DNA of 64,000 nt from NCBI RefSeq assembly GCF_009914755.1, contig NC_060942.1; one strand, written 5' to 3'. The translations under genes were made by a program, and so were the position numbers. The stretch's first letter is position 1. The number at the start of each line of letters is the position of its first letter. Shown piece after piece: positions 30,650 to 46,708 of this stretch. The notes beneath the pieces were generated by a model. That model made no database searches, was not told the origin of the DNA, and worked only from the letters and a program-made list of their open reading frames with translations. This DNA is from the human T2T-CHM13v2.0 reference genome, Homo sapiens.

Positions 30650-30999
30650 CAAGGGAAATGCTTGCAAAATTTCTTTGCTGGAGAAGAAAGGGCTTTTGGT
30701 GAGTTGACAATTTTCTACCCATTTCTACTGAGCCCAGGGGACAGATTCAAAAGCCATTTCCGCGTTAGAAGACTTGAATAACTTGGCGAGGTGGCTGAAG
30801 TAAAAGAGAGAAAACTGCACTGGGATTTCTAGCTTGGGAACCTGGGTGGATTCTGCTACTGTAGGTTGATCCAGCATACGGAGGCAGAGGGACAGAAGTC
30901 AGCATAATGGGTTTAACATCAGGTTGGTCTTGAAATGATATAGGTGCTACAGGTATGAAGATCAGAAGTGAGTCTGGCACTGAAATTTCAGCATTGGAG

Positions 31000-31476
31000 T
31001 ATTCTAGGTTGGGTTCCCCTAAAGGAGAATCTGAGACACAGACATGAGTGCAGCTAGTTTAGTTGGGAAGTGATGCCAGGAAGCAGAGTGAAGAAGAGGG
31101 GACAATGAGACCAGGAATGAAGAAAAGCCAGTGAAGAGTGAGTTACTGCATTGCTTATCTCAGTGCTCAGGCTTACTGGAGACTGAGAAACTAAGTAGAC
31201 AGCACTTCAGAGCTCTCTCTCTAAAGTATGAAAGCTGGAGTATTTATCCACTTACTTGCATCCCCCATTGGCTGAGGTTTGCCTGCAGAAGTACTAACTC
31301 CTCCATACTTCCTGCACTCAAGCTTGGCCTTCTACAGCTTTAAGAAAAGCCCTGAGACAGGAAGGTGAAGAGACACCCAGAACAGTTTTCTGGTTGCATG
31401 GAGCTGCTCAGCATAGTTCCACTAAAATCCAATGTACTGAGGAGATGTGGTGCATTGCACATAAAGCATCACTACA
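31000..31476 (-). mobile_element. LTR16-like ERVL solo LTR inside L2
   Basis: TTGGGTTCCCC...CTGAGACA...GGGAAGTGATGCCAGGAAGCA; GGAGTATTTATCCAC...CCATTGGCTGAGG; ends CACTACA. Confidence 0.6.
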
Positions 31477-31899
31477 GACGTCAAGAGGAGTTGGGTCATA
31501 TTTGACATAGATCAATGTCCAAAATGACATATCTATTTGGAGTAGATAAGATTGGTGAGTCTAGGAAGAAAGGAAAAGTCACAAGGATAGAACCACAAGA
31601 CCCAGAGGAAATGACAAAGGCTGGTCAGAGAGGCAGGGAAACCAAGAAGAGTGTCACATCAGCCAAAGGAGACATGACTATCAAGAAAGAGAGAAGGTCA
31701 ACAGCTCCAAATGATGGGGAGCTCAAATGGACTGAGGTCATTGCTGGCTTTGGTGGTAAGTGTGGAGGCAAAACTTCATTGCTTTTGGAGATAAGTAGAA
31801 ACAATTTGTGCAAAGGGGGGTAGAGAAGTATAAACCACTCTCGAGAACTACGGTTTCAAAGGAAAGAAGAGACAGGTGGATAGTCAGGAATGTGGAGGT

Positions 31900-32114
31900 G
31901 GAAGCAGAGGTATGCAGGTTAGTTTTAACAGCCAACTCTCCAGAAATGAAAATTAAAGCCCTGATTGGAAGCATTGGCTGGTGTCTGTACTGTAAATCCT
32001 CCTACCATGGCCAATTTCAAGCTACCAACATGATTTCAACTATCTTGCAAAATTCCTGAAATTGAAACAATCAGTGCTCCTGAGATGGTAGGAGTTAGCT
32101 CCAGCACAGGACTG
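31900..32114. mobile_element. MER63-like hAT DNA transposon relic
   Basis: AGCCCTGATT...TGTAAAT..TCCTACCATGGCCAATTTCAAGCTACCAAC...GCTCCAGCACAGGACTG. Confidence 0.6.
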
Positions 32115-32299
32115 GGTGAAAGATTAGAGACTGTTGTTGTTTTGTTGTTGTTGTTGTTAATTGGGGGAAAATTTCATCAAATAGACTGAGTCAATTGAGA
32201 GGGAGAGATGGAAGATGTGGGAGCAAGAATACAGTAAGATTGGGAGTACATGCTTTGGGGACAGGGCATCCATTTTTAACACATCTCATCTTCAGGGAG

Positions 32300-32690
32300 C
32301 ACATGGAAAGAAGATGCTTTTAGAAAGCCACAGACCTGGGTGTGAGTCCAGCTCTGCAGTGTACTCACTGAGCCTTCATTTCCCATCAATGAAACATGGA
32401 CAAAACGCCTACTTCAAAAGTTGTCCCAAGGGCTAAAGAGAAAGGTATATGATAGTGACTATTGAAAATATAGCAGTTTACATTTGTTTAGTACTTAACT
32501 ATGTGCCGACACAGACTAAGCACTTTCATGATAATCTTATTTAATCGTCATAGTAACGCCATGAGGTAAATTCTGTTATATCTCAATAGAAGCAGTAATA
32601 AAATAAGCTCAGAGAGGTCAAGTAATTTTTCCAAGTGCATAGAGCTAGCACTTTGTAGAGCCAGAATTTGAACTGGAGGAGGCTGGCACC
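32300..32690. mobile_element. Two adjacent MIRs in opposite orientation
   Basis: CAGACCTGGGTGTGAGTCCAGCTCTGC (+) and CTCAGAGAGGTCAAGTAATTTTTCCAAG (-). Confidence 0.65.
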
Positions 32691-34348
32691 TATGTTAGCC
32701 ACTGCACAGAACTGCATCCCACATGGCGGCCGCATGGAGGTGACAGGCAGGACCATTGTGTCCCTCCTATGAGGAGGGAGAGCAGGGTTTGGAGGAGCTA
32801 ACAAATGGCCCAGGAAATGTATTCAATTAGAGCTTCACAGTATTCACAGGTGAGATCAGAAATCACAAAGTAGTCCTGGTGCCAATCAGCACGTTCTAGA
32901 AATGTTTGTTGTATTGAGTGTGATGCAAGCCTCCTTCTCGTGAGTCAGTTTTGACTGAGGTGGCCAGAGGGATTAGAAGGGCTGTGGGATCCTGGGGTGG
33001 GCAGGGCAGTGGTAACTCAGAGAGGCAGGGCTGAAACCTTTTACCTTCCTCCAGTAGATTGAGCCCGACCTATATGGTTGGCTGGAAGGACAAGCAGAGG
33101 GTTACATGGAAATCCAACAGGTATAGCCTCACAAAGATTTTAACAATAGTCATGGCCAAACCCGTCCCCACAATCAAGTCAACATTACCAAGATGCATTT
33201 CCAAAGAACCCACTTTCTTGGTATCTTTTCCCCTTATTCAATTTGGAATGGAAAAAGAAAGGCAATTCCTGAGTGTTCTGGAAACCTAAAGCCAGGACAC
33301 TGACCCTAAATAGCTGTCACCTAGCGCCACAAAGATAACAGTGATGGCTGGGTTCCAGACACCTGGCCCTGCTTATCTCCTAAGTCATCATGAACCTGGG
33401 TAACATGACCAGCTTGTGTGGCCACTCTAGGCAGCTTCTTATAAAACTTGAAAGCAAGAGAGATCCAGAGTACAGACACATGGCCTAGGCTTTCTGCTTC
33501 CTTGAGAAGCTCTCTGTTTCCCACATGAGAAAGGAGGAAGAGGACTCAGAGAGTCACTTGATTTTCTGTGCAGCTGCAAATAGTGTGGAGTGTGCAATTT
33601 TATTTACTCGCTTAGATATCTGGCAAACTGAGGCCACTGTTTCACCTAAAAGCAGCTGTGAGAAAAAAATGTCAATAGGCTACAGCTTTACCCTCTGAGA
33701 ACAAAACCCTTTTCTGGCCCATCTTCCATGGGAGGGGCTCAGGTGGAGTTTCCTGGCTGTGGGATGGTGAGTGGTGGAAGTTACCTCTCAACCCCTATAA
33801 CAAAGAGATTGCAGACAGGCCCAGAAGTTGTGAGTGTGAGAAACTGTCTCATATTTTTAATGAAAAAATGATACTTCATCTTTCTAATGACAGAGAACTT
33901 GGATGTGGCTTACAGTAATATATGTTTTTTAATACATAGCTCATCATCTCAGGGCAATGGCAGTATGAAGGATGGTACAGCAGACAAAAGGTTAATAGAG
34001 CATCAGGCCTTTTTTAATTGAAAAAATGACTGAGGGGCCCCACAACAGACCAAGTGGTAATAGTATTACAGAATGTAAGTACCGTTCTGGAGACATACTA
34101 TTCATTTGAGGGTAGAGTAACAGACGTCAAACCAAGTCCCTATGCCTCAACATGAACAGGAGTCCATTCCAAAGGAGGTTAATCAGCAATACACAGTATT
34201 TTTCAAAGTAGTCTTCAAAGTATGTTCACAGTATTTCAAAGAGTTCTCTATGAAAGAATCTAGTGTGAAGCAGATAATGTCTTTGTTTTTTGTTTGTTTG
34301 TTTTGTTTTGTTTTTTAACTGGATAAGGATATAAAAATGAGAAAGTGG

Positions 34349-34891
<543 letters not shown>

Positions 34892-35066
34892 TCAGGAGGG
34901 GCTGATCCTCTCAAGCCCATCATGCTTCTGTGCCACTCCTGGCTGGACCCTGTTATCCTTTAAACAAGCAAAGACAGATGGAATGATTAAATGGAACAAA
35001 CATTAGGCATCTCCTCCTGTACACAATTCCGAGGATAAGACATTACCGCAAAGGATGTATAGGTGA

Positions 35067-35405
<339 letters not shown>

Positions 35406-35540
35406 TAACAGCTATTGACAGAATCATTGTGATTCTTCTGGGACTCTCCAAGGCCCAAAGAAGACATTTTCCAGACTGAATCACCAGAACATGTGCTCTC
35501 AGCAATTCTCTTGCACACAGACAAACAGAAACCCTTTTAA

Positions 35541-35884
<344 letters not shown>

Positions 35885-36886
35885 ATGCTCATTTATATGA
35901 GAATTTTTTGCATTCATGATAATTCAAAACGTGTCTGCTAAACACTGTTCTAGAAAAGTTTCTTAGTCAATGGGTTTTGCTGGTTCTGAAAGTGACATGG
36001 GGCTTCTAGTGATGATTCTTGTCACCAAGCACAAGCTCCTTTGCAAAGTCCTGGGGGGGGTCTTATAGGATACACAGCTGTTCTGCTGATGTTTCATTTA
36101 CTTCATGAAAATGCCATGATTTTCAAAGTCAAAGTAAAATCAGATTGCCTTTCTACTTTGAAACAATTACGGAATTTTTATACTCGAATTTTGACAGATC
36201 ACAGGTGTATCTGTAAGTATCTCCAAAAGATAAACGAGCATGAAAGAAGGGCATTTAAGCTCTCTGAAAAGTTAAACTTCACATTTTGTCCACTTCAGCC
36301 CTACACTCTCTCAAACAGACAAGAATGGGGTGTAGAAGGTTTAGCAACATCTGCATGGACATTTTTGGGCCAGTGGATGAGGGGTTAATTGGGGCTAATT
36401 TTAAATGCACAGGCTAGAATCCTTTTCCCTGGAGAAACTGACTGCATCTTAGCCTCCAATTCCTAAGAGATGATGGCCCTCAACTCATTGTCAATTGCTC
36501 CGGGGATCTCAGAGAAATGATGTGTACATGGACCCAATAGAAAACATAAAAATAATAAATGAAACTAATAATGCAAAAAGGGTTTGGGAAATAAGTAGTC
36601 CCTTCTGACACGAGCAGTGCTGGAAGCTTTGGGAAAAGAAGGCTGGAATGTAAATTGTAGAAATTGGAGTTGTAAATTTTTCCTCTGGAAAAAGACAGAG
36701 CCAACAGTTCTGTTCAGAGGAAACTGAGCTCACAGGAGTTGGTTTTCCATCCAGGTTCAATCCAAGAAGGACAGCCTCCCACTCCTACTTCCCTGAAGAG
36801 GCTGGGCTCAGGATCAGGGAGGTGGGGGAGGGCGAGAGGGTCAGCAGGACTTGCAATCTGATGTCCTCATTAAATTGAATGTGCTC

Positions 36887-37304
<418 letters not shown>

Positions 37305-38206
37305 TCATCGAATTGTATTTGCAAGTGAGCACAGGGCCGCAGGATGGAAACATGAAGATGTTTGGTGTGTTTGGCTCTAAAAAAAAGAAGAAGGAAGGGA
37401 GGTTGGAAAGAGGGAGGTCTTGTAGAGAGGAGACTGCCTTGTTATTTATTTATCTCTGTTGATGCTTTCCTGAACTTAGTCTAGGTGCTGACTTAATTTC
37501 ATTTGGTTGGTCATTTTCAACTCAAAGTTCGTTGGGAATACTCAGACATTCTCCAGGCTGCAGCAATCCAGAGAAGCCAAATCCCACCAAATTCCATCCT
37601 GTCTTTGGGGCAACTTTGCCATGCCACCACCCTCTGAACCCAGCCTGGACTCGTCTGTCCCCCACTCCACCCACACCCATTCTCCTATCAGCAGATGGAA
37701 AAATGGAGGCCTCAGGGCTGTGGTGTCAATAGCAGAGCTAAGCCTGGTCACTCAGAACTGCTCCCCCTCTCCTCAATCTGAGATGCAAAAGATAATCGCA
37801 ACCAGGATTGAAAACACTCCTATGGCACGATATGCATCCTACCCCAAAGTGAGCACCAAGCAGCCTGTACGGGGCAGACCTGGGGTTCATTCCTTTTGCT
37901 CAGTAGCTCAGTACCTGGCCTTTGTTTATTAATGTATCATTCGTTTGTTCAGTGAACCTTTATTGAGCTCCAAGTACCTGCCAGACAGTGGGTCTAGAGG
38001 AGTAAGTGAAACAGACATGGCTATATCCGCATTTGGCTTTGTGCAATTAATACCTAATATATGCTGAGCACATGGGAGAGGAGGGAGGAGATAACATTTC
38101 TTCCCTTCAAAGACGTCCATCTAGTTGGAGAGATTATGCCAAGCTTTACAAGTGAAGGAAAAATTCCAAGGAAGTGTGTCCCTATTTTACAGCAGAGAGA
38201 AGATGA

Positions 38207-38612
<406 letters not shown>

Positions 38613-38777
38613 GAAAACTGCTTCCTTAGGGATAATTGGTTATTGCAGTGATTCCATCTTGGCCTGCACTTCCTCTACACCCTCACAGCCATAGTGCCGC
38701 CCAAAGAATCCTCCCTGGCCAGCAGGTAGAGTCCCTGGAAGTATGGCTGTCACCACACAATCTCAGCATGAACCAGC

Positions 38778-38900
38778 TGTCCTAGTTTCCTGTGGCTGCT
38801 GTAACAAAGTACCACAAACTGGCTGGCTTAAAACAACAGGAATTTATTTTCTCACAGTTCTTAAGTCCAGAAGTCCAAAATCGAGGGGTCAGCATGGCCA
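38778..38900 (-). mobile_element. MLT1 MaLR LTR 3' fragment
   Basis: GCTGCTGTAACAAAGTACCACAAACTGGCTGGCTTAAAACAACAG. Confidence 0.75.
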
Positions 38901-39499
38901 TAGTCCCTGGCAAAGATCCTGGGCATGGGCACACTCCTTGTGAATGTCACAGGCCCACTGTGCAGCCAGGGTGCTCTTCAAAAGTGGCAAGTGCCACAGT
39001 AGAGGACAGCTTCAGCTACAGTGTGTGTGCCGAACTGAGAGGCACCCTCTCACTGTAGGATTACATAAATCTTTATGGAGAAACAGCATCTGAGATGGAC
39101 CTGGAAGGGTCGGCGGGGTTCAGACCTGCCCGGATAAGGGGAGGGCATTGCAAGCACAGGGCAGTGCAGGAGAGACTGTTGCTGTGCTCTCTAGATGGGA
39201 AGCAACAGGGAGAGTGGCTTCTCCCTCCTCAGCTGCCAGAAACTTTAGCAGGTGCATTTGAATTTAAAAATAAACTCACAATACAAATGACCTATACTGA
39301 TACATATGTAAGACATATAAGACTTTGTGTGCAGCCTCTGTCTGCCTCTGAAGCATGGATACAGTTGATTCCCAGGCCCTGGGGGCTGAACCCCAAGTGA
39401 GCTAATCAAGGTGTTCTTTTCACATCAGAGGCTCTCTCTTGTAACAACTTCGAAGAAAATAAAATGTTCCCCACCTCAATTCATATTCAGTATATTACA

Positions 39500-39685
39500 T
39501 CATCTCAGCAGTCTCAGGGGTAGGCACAATGACTGGCCTCATTTTGCAAAGCAGGAAATTGAGGCTCAGTGAGGTTAAGTGATGCAATTAAAGTTATATA
39601 GAAGGAAAGTGATGGGACCCAGTGTATACACACAGGTCTGCCTGGCTCCAAAGCCCTTAGCCTAATTCTTACCCACTGCCTGAAT
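39500..39685 (-). mobile_element. MIR SINE
   Basis: CATTTTGCAAAGCAGGAAATTGAGGCTCAGTGAGGTTAAGTGA. Confidence 0.7.
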
Positions 39686-41771
39686 TGATCCAGTACCTTA
39701 TCTACAGGCTGCCTCAAGGAGGATGGGGACAAACCAATCAAAATACTGTGGCATTTATGAAAGCTTTTTTAAAGTGGTTTAAAATGACCGGGAAAACAGG
39801 ACGCTTTAGAAGACGTGCAAGATGCGGCTTGGCAAGAATTCTAACGAGCTCACAGGCTTTGCCGTGCATGCCTGGACTGTATCTGTTATGGGCCAGGGAT
39901 GAAGGATTTATTCCATTCATGAATCAGAGAATAACTATTGTTATTATTTAGCATTGATTAATTGTTCCTCCCCCTAAACCCAGGTCTCTCTGCACAGTTC
40001 TCAGAAAATCATTAAGCTTCAGGAGTTGTCTGGGCTTTGACATTCTGGGTAAAAGCGCTGCATCGTGAGCCCTTCAAGGATAAGCCAGATCTCAGAGTGG
40101 CCTGGCAAAGGGCCACACAAAGGAGATGGCCCAGCCCACTGCAGGATGCTCCATGACCCCTCACCCCTGTCCTGGCCTCAAAGCAGCTCGTGGGAGGTCA
40201 CCGTGGTGACCCAAGAAGAGGGGCAGAAATCACAGACCTCTGCTTCCTTACAAAGAAAACCAAGCAGGCTCCAACTGTTTCCCACACTAAGGATGTTGGG
40301 AAATGCATAAAAATTGTGTAATTCCTAATAAGGAGGGGTAACCCTTCAGGGGTAATTACAGCGGCCACATTTGTGTGGCTTGATTAAATGTAACATTGTA
40401 AAGGGAGCCAGCACGGTGAATTTCCATCCTGACATCCAATAATACTCCCTGACCCTTTGGATATTGTCCTCCCCGGAGGTCAAAAATATGAATAAATTAT
40501 GGTTTTGACAACCTTGACATGGAGTAGAGGTGGGGTGAAAAGCTCTCTGGGAAAAAATTCTGACATTACATTTGTGATCACAGAGAATAAAGGAAAATTC
40601 ATATCCTAATTTTGCTAAATTTAAGCTTGACGGAGAAGAACACAGAATAACCTTTGGTGTTATGTTTATTCAGAAGGCAAGGGGCCCTCAGAGCTCAAAA
40701 CCAAGACATATCCTCTGTCATTCACCGTGAGGCGGGTTCCTAGTTCCTGCTGACAATTTTTATTGATTAGAAATTATCAACCCAGGGACAATGCCATCCA
40801 AAGAAGTTGGCTGAGAAACAATATTGTTAAATAGTTAGCCATGGTGCTTCCAGTCAGGTAAAATGTGTGCTCAGAGACAGCGGGGCCATCCATCATGAGT
40901 GAGAAGCCTCATTTACAGAGACAACTGAGCCCAGGCAATCAGCCTGAAATCTGCTAAGCTGGGAATTTATAACAGTTCAGCAAGGGAGGGTTGTCTCTTG
41001 TTTTAGGTTCTGTCAGTGGATGGGGGAGGAGCAGAAATCAAGGCCTGGAAGGAGAGGAGTGAATTACTCAGGTGGCCTTGGGGAGGCCGCCTTTGGGATG
41101 AAGGGTAGGGGTCAATGTGAAGAGATCGTCCATCCATCCATCCCAGTCTGGAGCCTATCGGACTCAAGTTCAAAAACCCAGCACTGAGGACATAAAACCT
41201 ACCAGATTTGTCATTTAAGCAGCTGGGAACATGTCCAGGCGGGAGCCCTACATCACTCAAAAGCCTGGATTGATGGCAAGAGAGGAACAGCCCAACACTC
41301 TTGTCCTTGACATCATGACCTTCATTTCACTGTGCCAATGGCAGCACCGTAACCTCCTCAGTGGCCAAGGCAGACACTCACCTCTCCTGAGCTGAGTCTA
41401 GAAGGGTCTACATGCCCGTAGAACAGATGCCAGAACGCTGTGACCCAGCTCCCAGCTGCTTGCCTCCCAAGCAAGTAGGCATTGACATTTCACAGAGCAA
41501 CAAGTAAATCTGATTTTGTGCCGCAACACTCTTTACGAGCTTTCCCGCTTTTCCTGAGTGTGTGCCTCTGTTCTTTCCATCATTTCTTTCCCTTAAGATA
41601 CCTCCTCTAGATGCTTCCAGGTAGTAGAGGGCAGTGGTTAAGCATTCAGGCTGTGGGATCATACTGCCTAGGTCCTAAACCAGGCTTGCTTTCTTCCTGG
41701 GTGTAGTGAACATTGTGGTGTGCCACTCAGCTGTCCCCTTCAAGCTCAAGGCACTCCTATCCCCAGCTTCA

Positions 41772-42001
41772 GGGGATGCCATGCCAAGCCATATTACAGC
41801 CCACAGCAAAGGGAAACATTAGTACTACTGCTCCTGTTTTACTTAAAATTTTGAAAGATGTTTATTCATCATGGATGGTTGCATTAATTTTTATATAACT
41901 TTGCATCAAACTATTATTAATCTTGATTGCTAGATGTGGCACCATCTGAAGTTTTGCATCTGGGGTGATGCCTCACTTCTTGCAGCCTAGGCTCAATCTT
42001 G
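41772..42001. mobile_element. hAT-Tip100-type non-autonomous DNA transposon (MER96B-like)
   Basis: TGCCATGCCAAGCCATATT...TTAAAATTTTGA...TTCATCATGGAT...TGCCTCACTT. Subfamily name uncertain. Confidence 0.5.
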
Positions 42002-42213
42002 GCAGGGAGTGTTGGCTGCTGATGGCTCACAGTTGAGCAGCTCCCCAGAAAGAAGCCTTGATCAGAGGGAGCTGCCTCCCAGCTTATGCCCCTCGAATGT
42101 AAGGAGCAGTCCACATCCAACGACTGGCCAGTGAGGAATTTCACAGACCCCTGGACTCAACTGAGACACCCCAAAGGGTCAGTCCAGCCCCCTCAGAGCT
42201 CCTCATGGGACTG

Positions 42214-42615
42214 GTCATATTGGTTTCCTGGGCTGCCATAAGAAAGTGCCACTATCTGGGTGACTTAGAACAACATAAAGGTATTGTCTCACAGTTCTGG
42301 GGGACAGAAGTCTGCAATTAAGGTGTCAAGAGGGCCTCCCTCCCTTTGAAGGTGCTAGGGAAGGATGTGTTCCCAGCCTCCCTGGCTTCTGGCTTTTGGT
42401 AGCTCATCAACTTATAGCAGCATAACTCCAATCTTCACACGGTGTTCTTTTATAAGGATGCCACTCATGTCAGATTAGGGGCCCACCCTACCCTGGTATG
42501 ACCTGATCCTAATAATGACAGCTGCAACATCTCTATTTCCAAATAAGGTCACATTCTGAGGTACTGGGGGCTAGGACTTTAACATTTGAATTTTGGAGGA
42601 CATCATTCACCCTGC
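42214..42615 (-). mobile_element. MLT1B/C MaLR LTR
   Basis: GGCTGCCATAAGAAAGTGCCAC...TATTTCCAAATAAGGTCACATTCTGAGGTACTGGGGGCTAGGAC. Confidence 0.8.
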
Positions 42616-42964
42616 AAGTTCATCAGTGGAACTGCGCCATAGCCCAAGCCCTCCCTCTGCCCAGCCCTGCCCACCGGCCTCCGTCACTCCCTTACAGCTA
42701 ACCCAGGGTAGCCCCCTGATTTCTTTCACTGGAAAAGACTTATCTACTCCATACTAATCCAGGTCAATGTTCTATCCAATTTAACACTCATACTCTCTCC
42801 TCCCCTGGGTATTTTGGACTTGGATGGGAGGGGATTACACAATTATTTATTTTTCCTCCCCCTACTTTAGCTGTTAGGGCAGAGAAAAATGTGTCTCACT
42901 TACCTGGAGTTGTCATGGTTCATGGTCTTCTCTCTCTTTCTCTTTTTCTCTCTCTGTTTCTCCT

Positions 42965-43216
42965 TTGTTTTCTTTTTAGAGACAGGGTCTCACTCTGTCA
43001 CCCAGGTTGGAGTGCAGTGGCACAATCACAGCTCACTGCAGCCTCCAACTCCTGGACTCAAGTGATCCTCCCACCTCAGCCTCCTGAATAGCTAGGATTA
43101 CAGGCACACACCACCACACTCAGCTAATTTTTTAAATTAATCTTATGCAGACAGGGTTTCCCTATGATACCAAGGCTGGTCTTGAACTCCTGGCCTCAAG
43201 CAATCCTTCCACCTCA
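42965..43216 (-). mobile_element. AluJ, partial
   Basis: GAGACAGGGTCTCACTCTGTCACCCAGG...CTCAAGCAATCCTTCCACCTCAG. Confidence 0.85.
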
Positions 43217-44469
43217 GGGTCTTCTCTTTACTGACACTGACTCTCTAATTACACCCCCTGTGTGATAGGCCTCTTGTTGGGCACATGTGGAAATCATGGA
43301 GGGAGTTCTGGGTTGGGCAAAGTGGGTCTCTGATCTGGGCACCCACACTGCCAGCTCCTGTTTTGAGCTGGTAAAGAACTCAAGCCCGGCTATCTCCCAT
43401 CAAGTCTGCTCAGCTCATATGCAACTCATGCCCCTTTCCTCACCAAACCATGGGGGTTCAGGGCACCGCGCTGCTGCCTTCTCTCTCTGCCCACCTGCTG
43501 TCTCTCTCCAAGCCTTTTCTCCCCTCCTCAGCTATACTCAGGAAGATCAGTGAGTCTATGGCTTCAGCATGAGCAATGAGAAAATGAGATGTTGGCCTCC
43601 CCTTCCTGTAGGCATTGCCGATCTCCATGAGGGATTCTCTGAAAGCCCCATCCCTCTCTATCTCTCACGTGGAGGAGGGAATCACAGCAGTCCACTGGAT
43701 CAATAAACTCCAAATCCCTGCTAGTTCCTCTCTCTCCTCTGCCTCTCCCTGCTCAGTAGTTTCCTCATGTAGACTGAGGGAAGGGAGTTTGAGGAGATAG
43801 CTCTGGGATGGGGATATGGGCAGCAGAGTTGTTGAGCCATCTCTTGGTGAGCCAGCGGGGCCCCCAGACACTTGCTTATTTGAAAGTCCTTTTACAGCCC
43901 TTGTCTTCACCTGTGGGTCCTAGTTGCTGTTTCTGATGCCACAGCAAAGTATCACTCAGCATTCTGTTCCAGGAATCTCCAAGGGACCCAGTTCCCATCC
44001 CCCTGGAGACAGTGCCAGGGGCGATGTGTCTGCAGCCCACCTCTCCCTCCATGAAGACAGGCTGCCATTGTTGTCACCGAAGCCATGACTCCAATGGGGA
44101 AGTGATCTGCACTTTTACTCAGCCTGAGAGAGAAGTTGCCCCAATTACTTCAGCATGGCTTCCAAGAGGAGACCTTGGCTATGACTCTCATGAGCACCAA
44201 GTCTAGCGCGGGCTCTATCTTCTGCATCTTTCATGCATTTTCAGAGTCTAAATGCTGCGCCAAGTGGCCAGCACTTCCCAACCAAGAGGGTGAAAGGGAT
44301 CCATGACCACCAGGTTGGTACTGAAGGCACCTCAGTCTCCTGGGTCCATCCTGATCTACCCTGGGGACTCCCATCAGCTTATTGTCTAGGACCATTTTCA
44401 GTGCAAAACCCAAGTACAAGCACCAGCCCCGACTTTTGTTTTACAGAGACCATCATAATTATATTTGCT

Positions 44470-44700
44470 TCAATAGGCATCCTTCATTGAGCCCTTACTA
44501 CATGCCAAAAACTTCACATGCATGATTTCATCTCATGTTCATAACCACCTTAAGAGGGGAGTATTATTATTTTCCCCAGTTCGTAGATTAGGGAAACTGA
44601 GTCCAAGCAAGGATAAATTACTTGCCAGAGGTCAAACATCTAAGAAGTGGTGGAGTCTGGATTTGAACTTGGTTCTCTCTGACATTAAGGTCAATGCTTT
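44470..44700 (-). mobile_element. MIR SINE
   Basis: AGATTAGGGAAACTGAGTCC...GGATTTGAACTTGG. Confidence 0.65.
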
Positions 44701-46092
44701 GCTCTGCTGCCCCTGTGATGCTGCTTGCTGGTGCCCTGTCCTCCAGTGGGACGAAAGTGAATGTGACTATGGGGCAGCCCTCAGCTCCTCCATTTCAGAA
44801 CCTGTAGAAGTGGAGTGGCCCTGGGGCTGTCCTTTAGGGAGGGACAGGTCTCTGTGGCTAGTGTTTCTCTGGGCCCAGCCTACATGATTCCCACGCAGCT
44901 TCCTCAATCAGACGCTCCTAGGCCTCTTCTCTTCAGTCTTCAAATGGTAATAAATCAATCCCCCGTGGATCCTGTTTCCCTTGAATTCCAAGCACATATG
45001 TCGAAAAGGAATCGCAAATGAAGGATGAGCTCTGTGGACTCTGGCAGCGTCTGTGTATGTGAGAGGCTCAGCAAACGATGTCTTTGGGTATGTGGGGTCG
45101 TTTTACATACATGTAAATTTGAACATACTGCCTGGATGCTTATACCTACTAACTCTCACCTTTTGTGAACCTGAAAGATTGAAATAAAGAAAAGAAAACC
45201 AGAGAATGGATTAACACTTGATTTGATTTATTCCTTAGTAAAATCTATGTGAAGATCCAAAAAATGAGCTTGATCTTAAAATCAGCATCCATATCCTTCC
45301 ATCTGATAGATCCCAAAGTTTCCAACCTTCCACCTCTTGGCTTAATTTTTCTGATGTCTGTTCTAAGTTTGGTCCAGCTATTGGCCCTTCTCCCCTGCCT
45401 CTTATTCCTCTGCCTCGACTAAGTTAAATTCTTGGTTGCATGGTTGTCTCTCCCGGGCACCTGCTTAGACATTAGTCCAAGATTAGAAGTGCTGGATTTC
45501 ACAGAAACTAATTCCTAGAACTGATCCGTGGGAAAAAAAAGATATTGCTCCCTAGAGCGCTTTTCAATGGAGATCTCTCTGTCTTTGGAATAGGATGGTT
45601 CTCCCTGTCTTTTCAGGTAACTTTAAACCCCAAAAGAGAAGAAAAAATATGGAAGCCAGCCCCAGGCTGGGCCTGTATATGGCAAGTTCTTTCTGAGAAC
45701 AAAGTGAGTTAGAATAAAGAACAAATACTCTCCCTTTTAAGGGGTAAACAGATCCCACCCCAGCCTTCTTGCAGACTCCAGGAGCTTAGTCCTAGAGCTT
45801 GGGGTGGGAGGGAACCCAATCTCTCCTTGACACAGTGGCAAACTGTGGACAATAGGGCACAGATTGTCGAGTCAGCTAGGCCTGGCCTCAATGGCTGAAG
45901 TCCATCCCTGCTATACAGTAACTATGTGACCTTGAGGAAGGACCTGAATCACTCTGAGTTTCCAGGGTTGCGATTTTTCATGATGGGGACAAGGCAGTGA
46001 CATTTGCAATTTTATCAGGGTTGGATCCTAAAGTCAGTGCCTAAGGAAAGAATCCCTGTTGGTGGGAGCTACCCTTGAAAACCTCTGAAACT

Positions 46093-46708
<616 letters not shown>

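Larger units (their letters stand above)
41703..42705 (+). mobile_element. LTR16A-like ERVL LTR split by two nested insertions
   Basis: TGTAGTGAACATTGTGGTGTGCC...CCCCAGCT, resumes GGGAGTGTTGGCTGCTGATGGCTCACAG at ~42005 and again near 42620. Confidence 0.7.
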
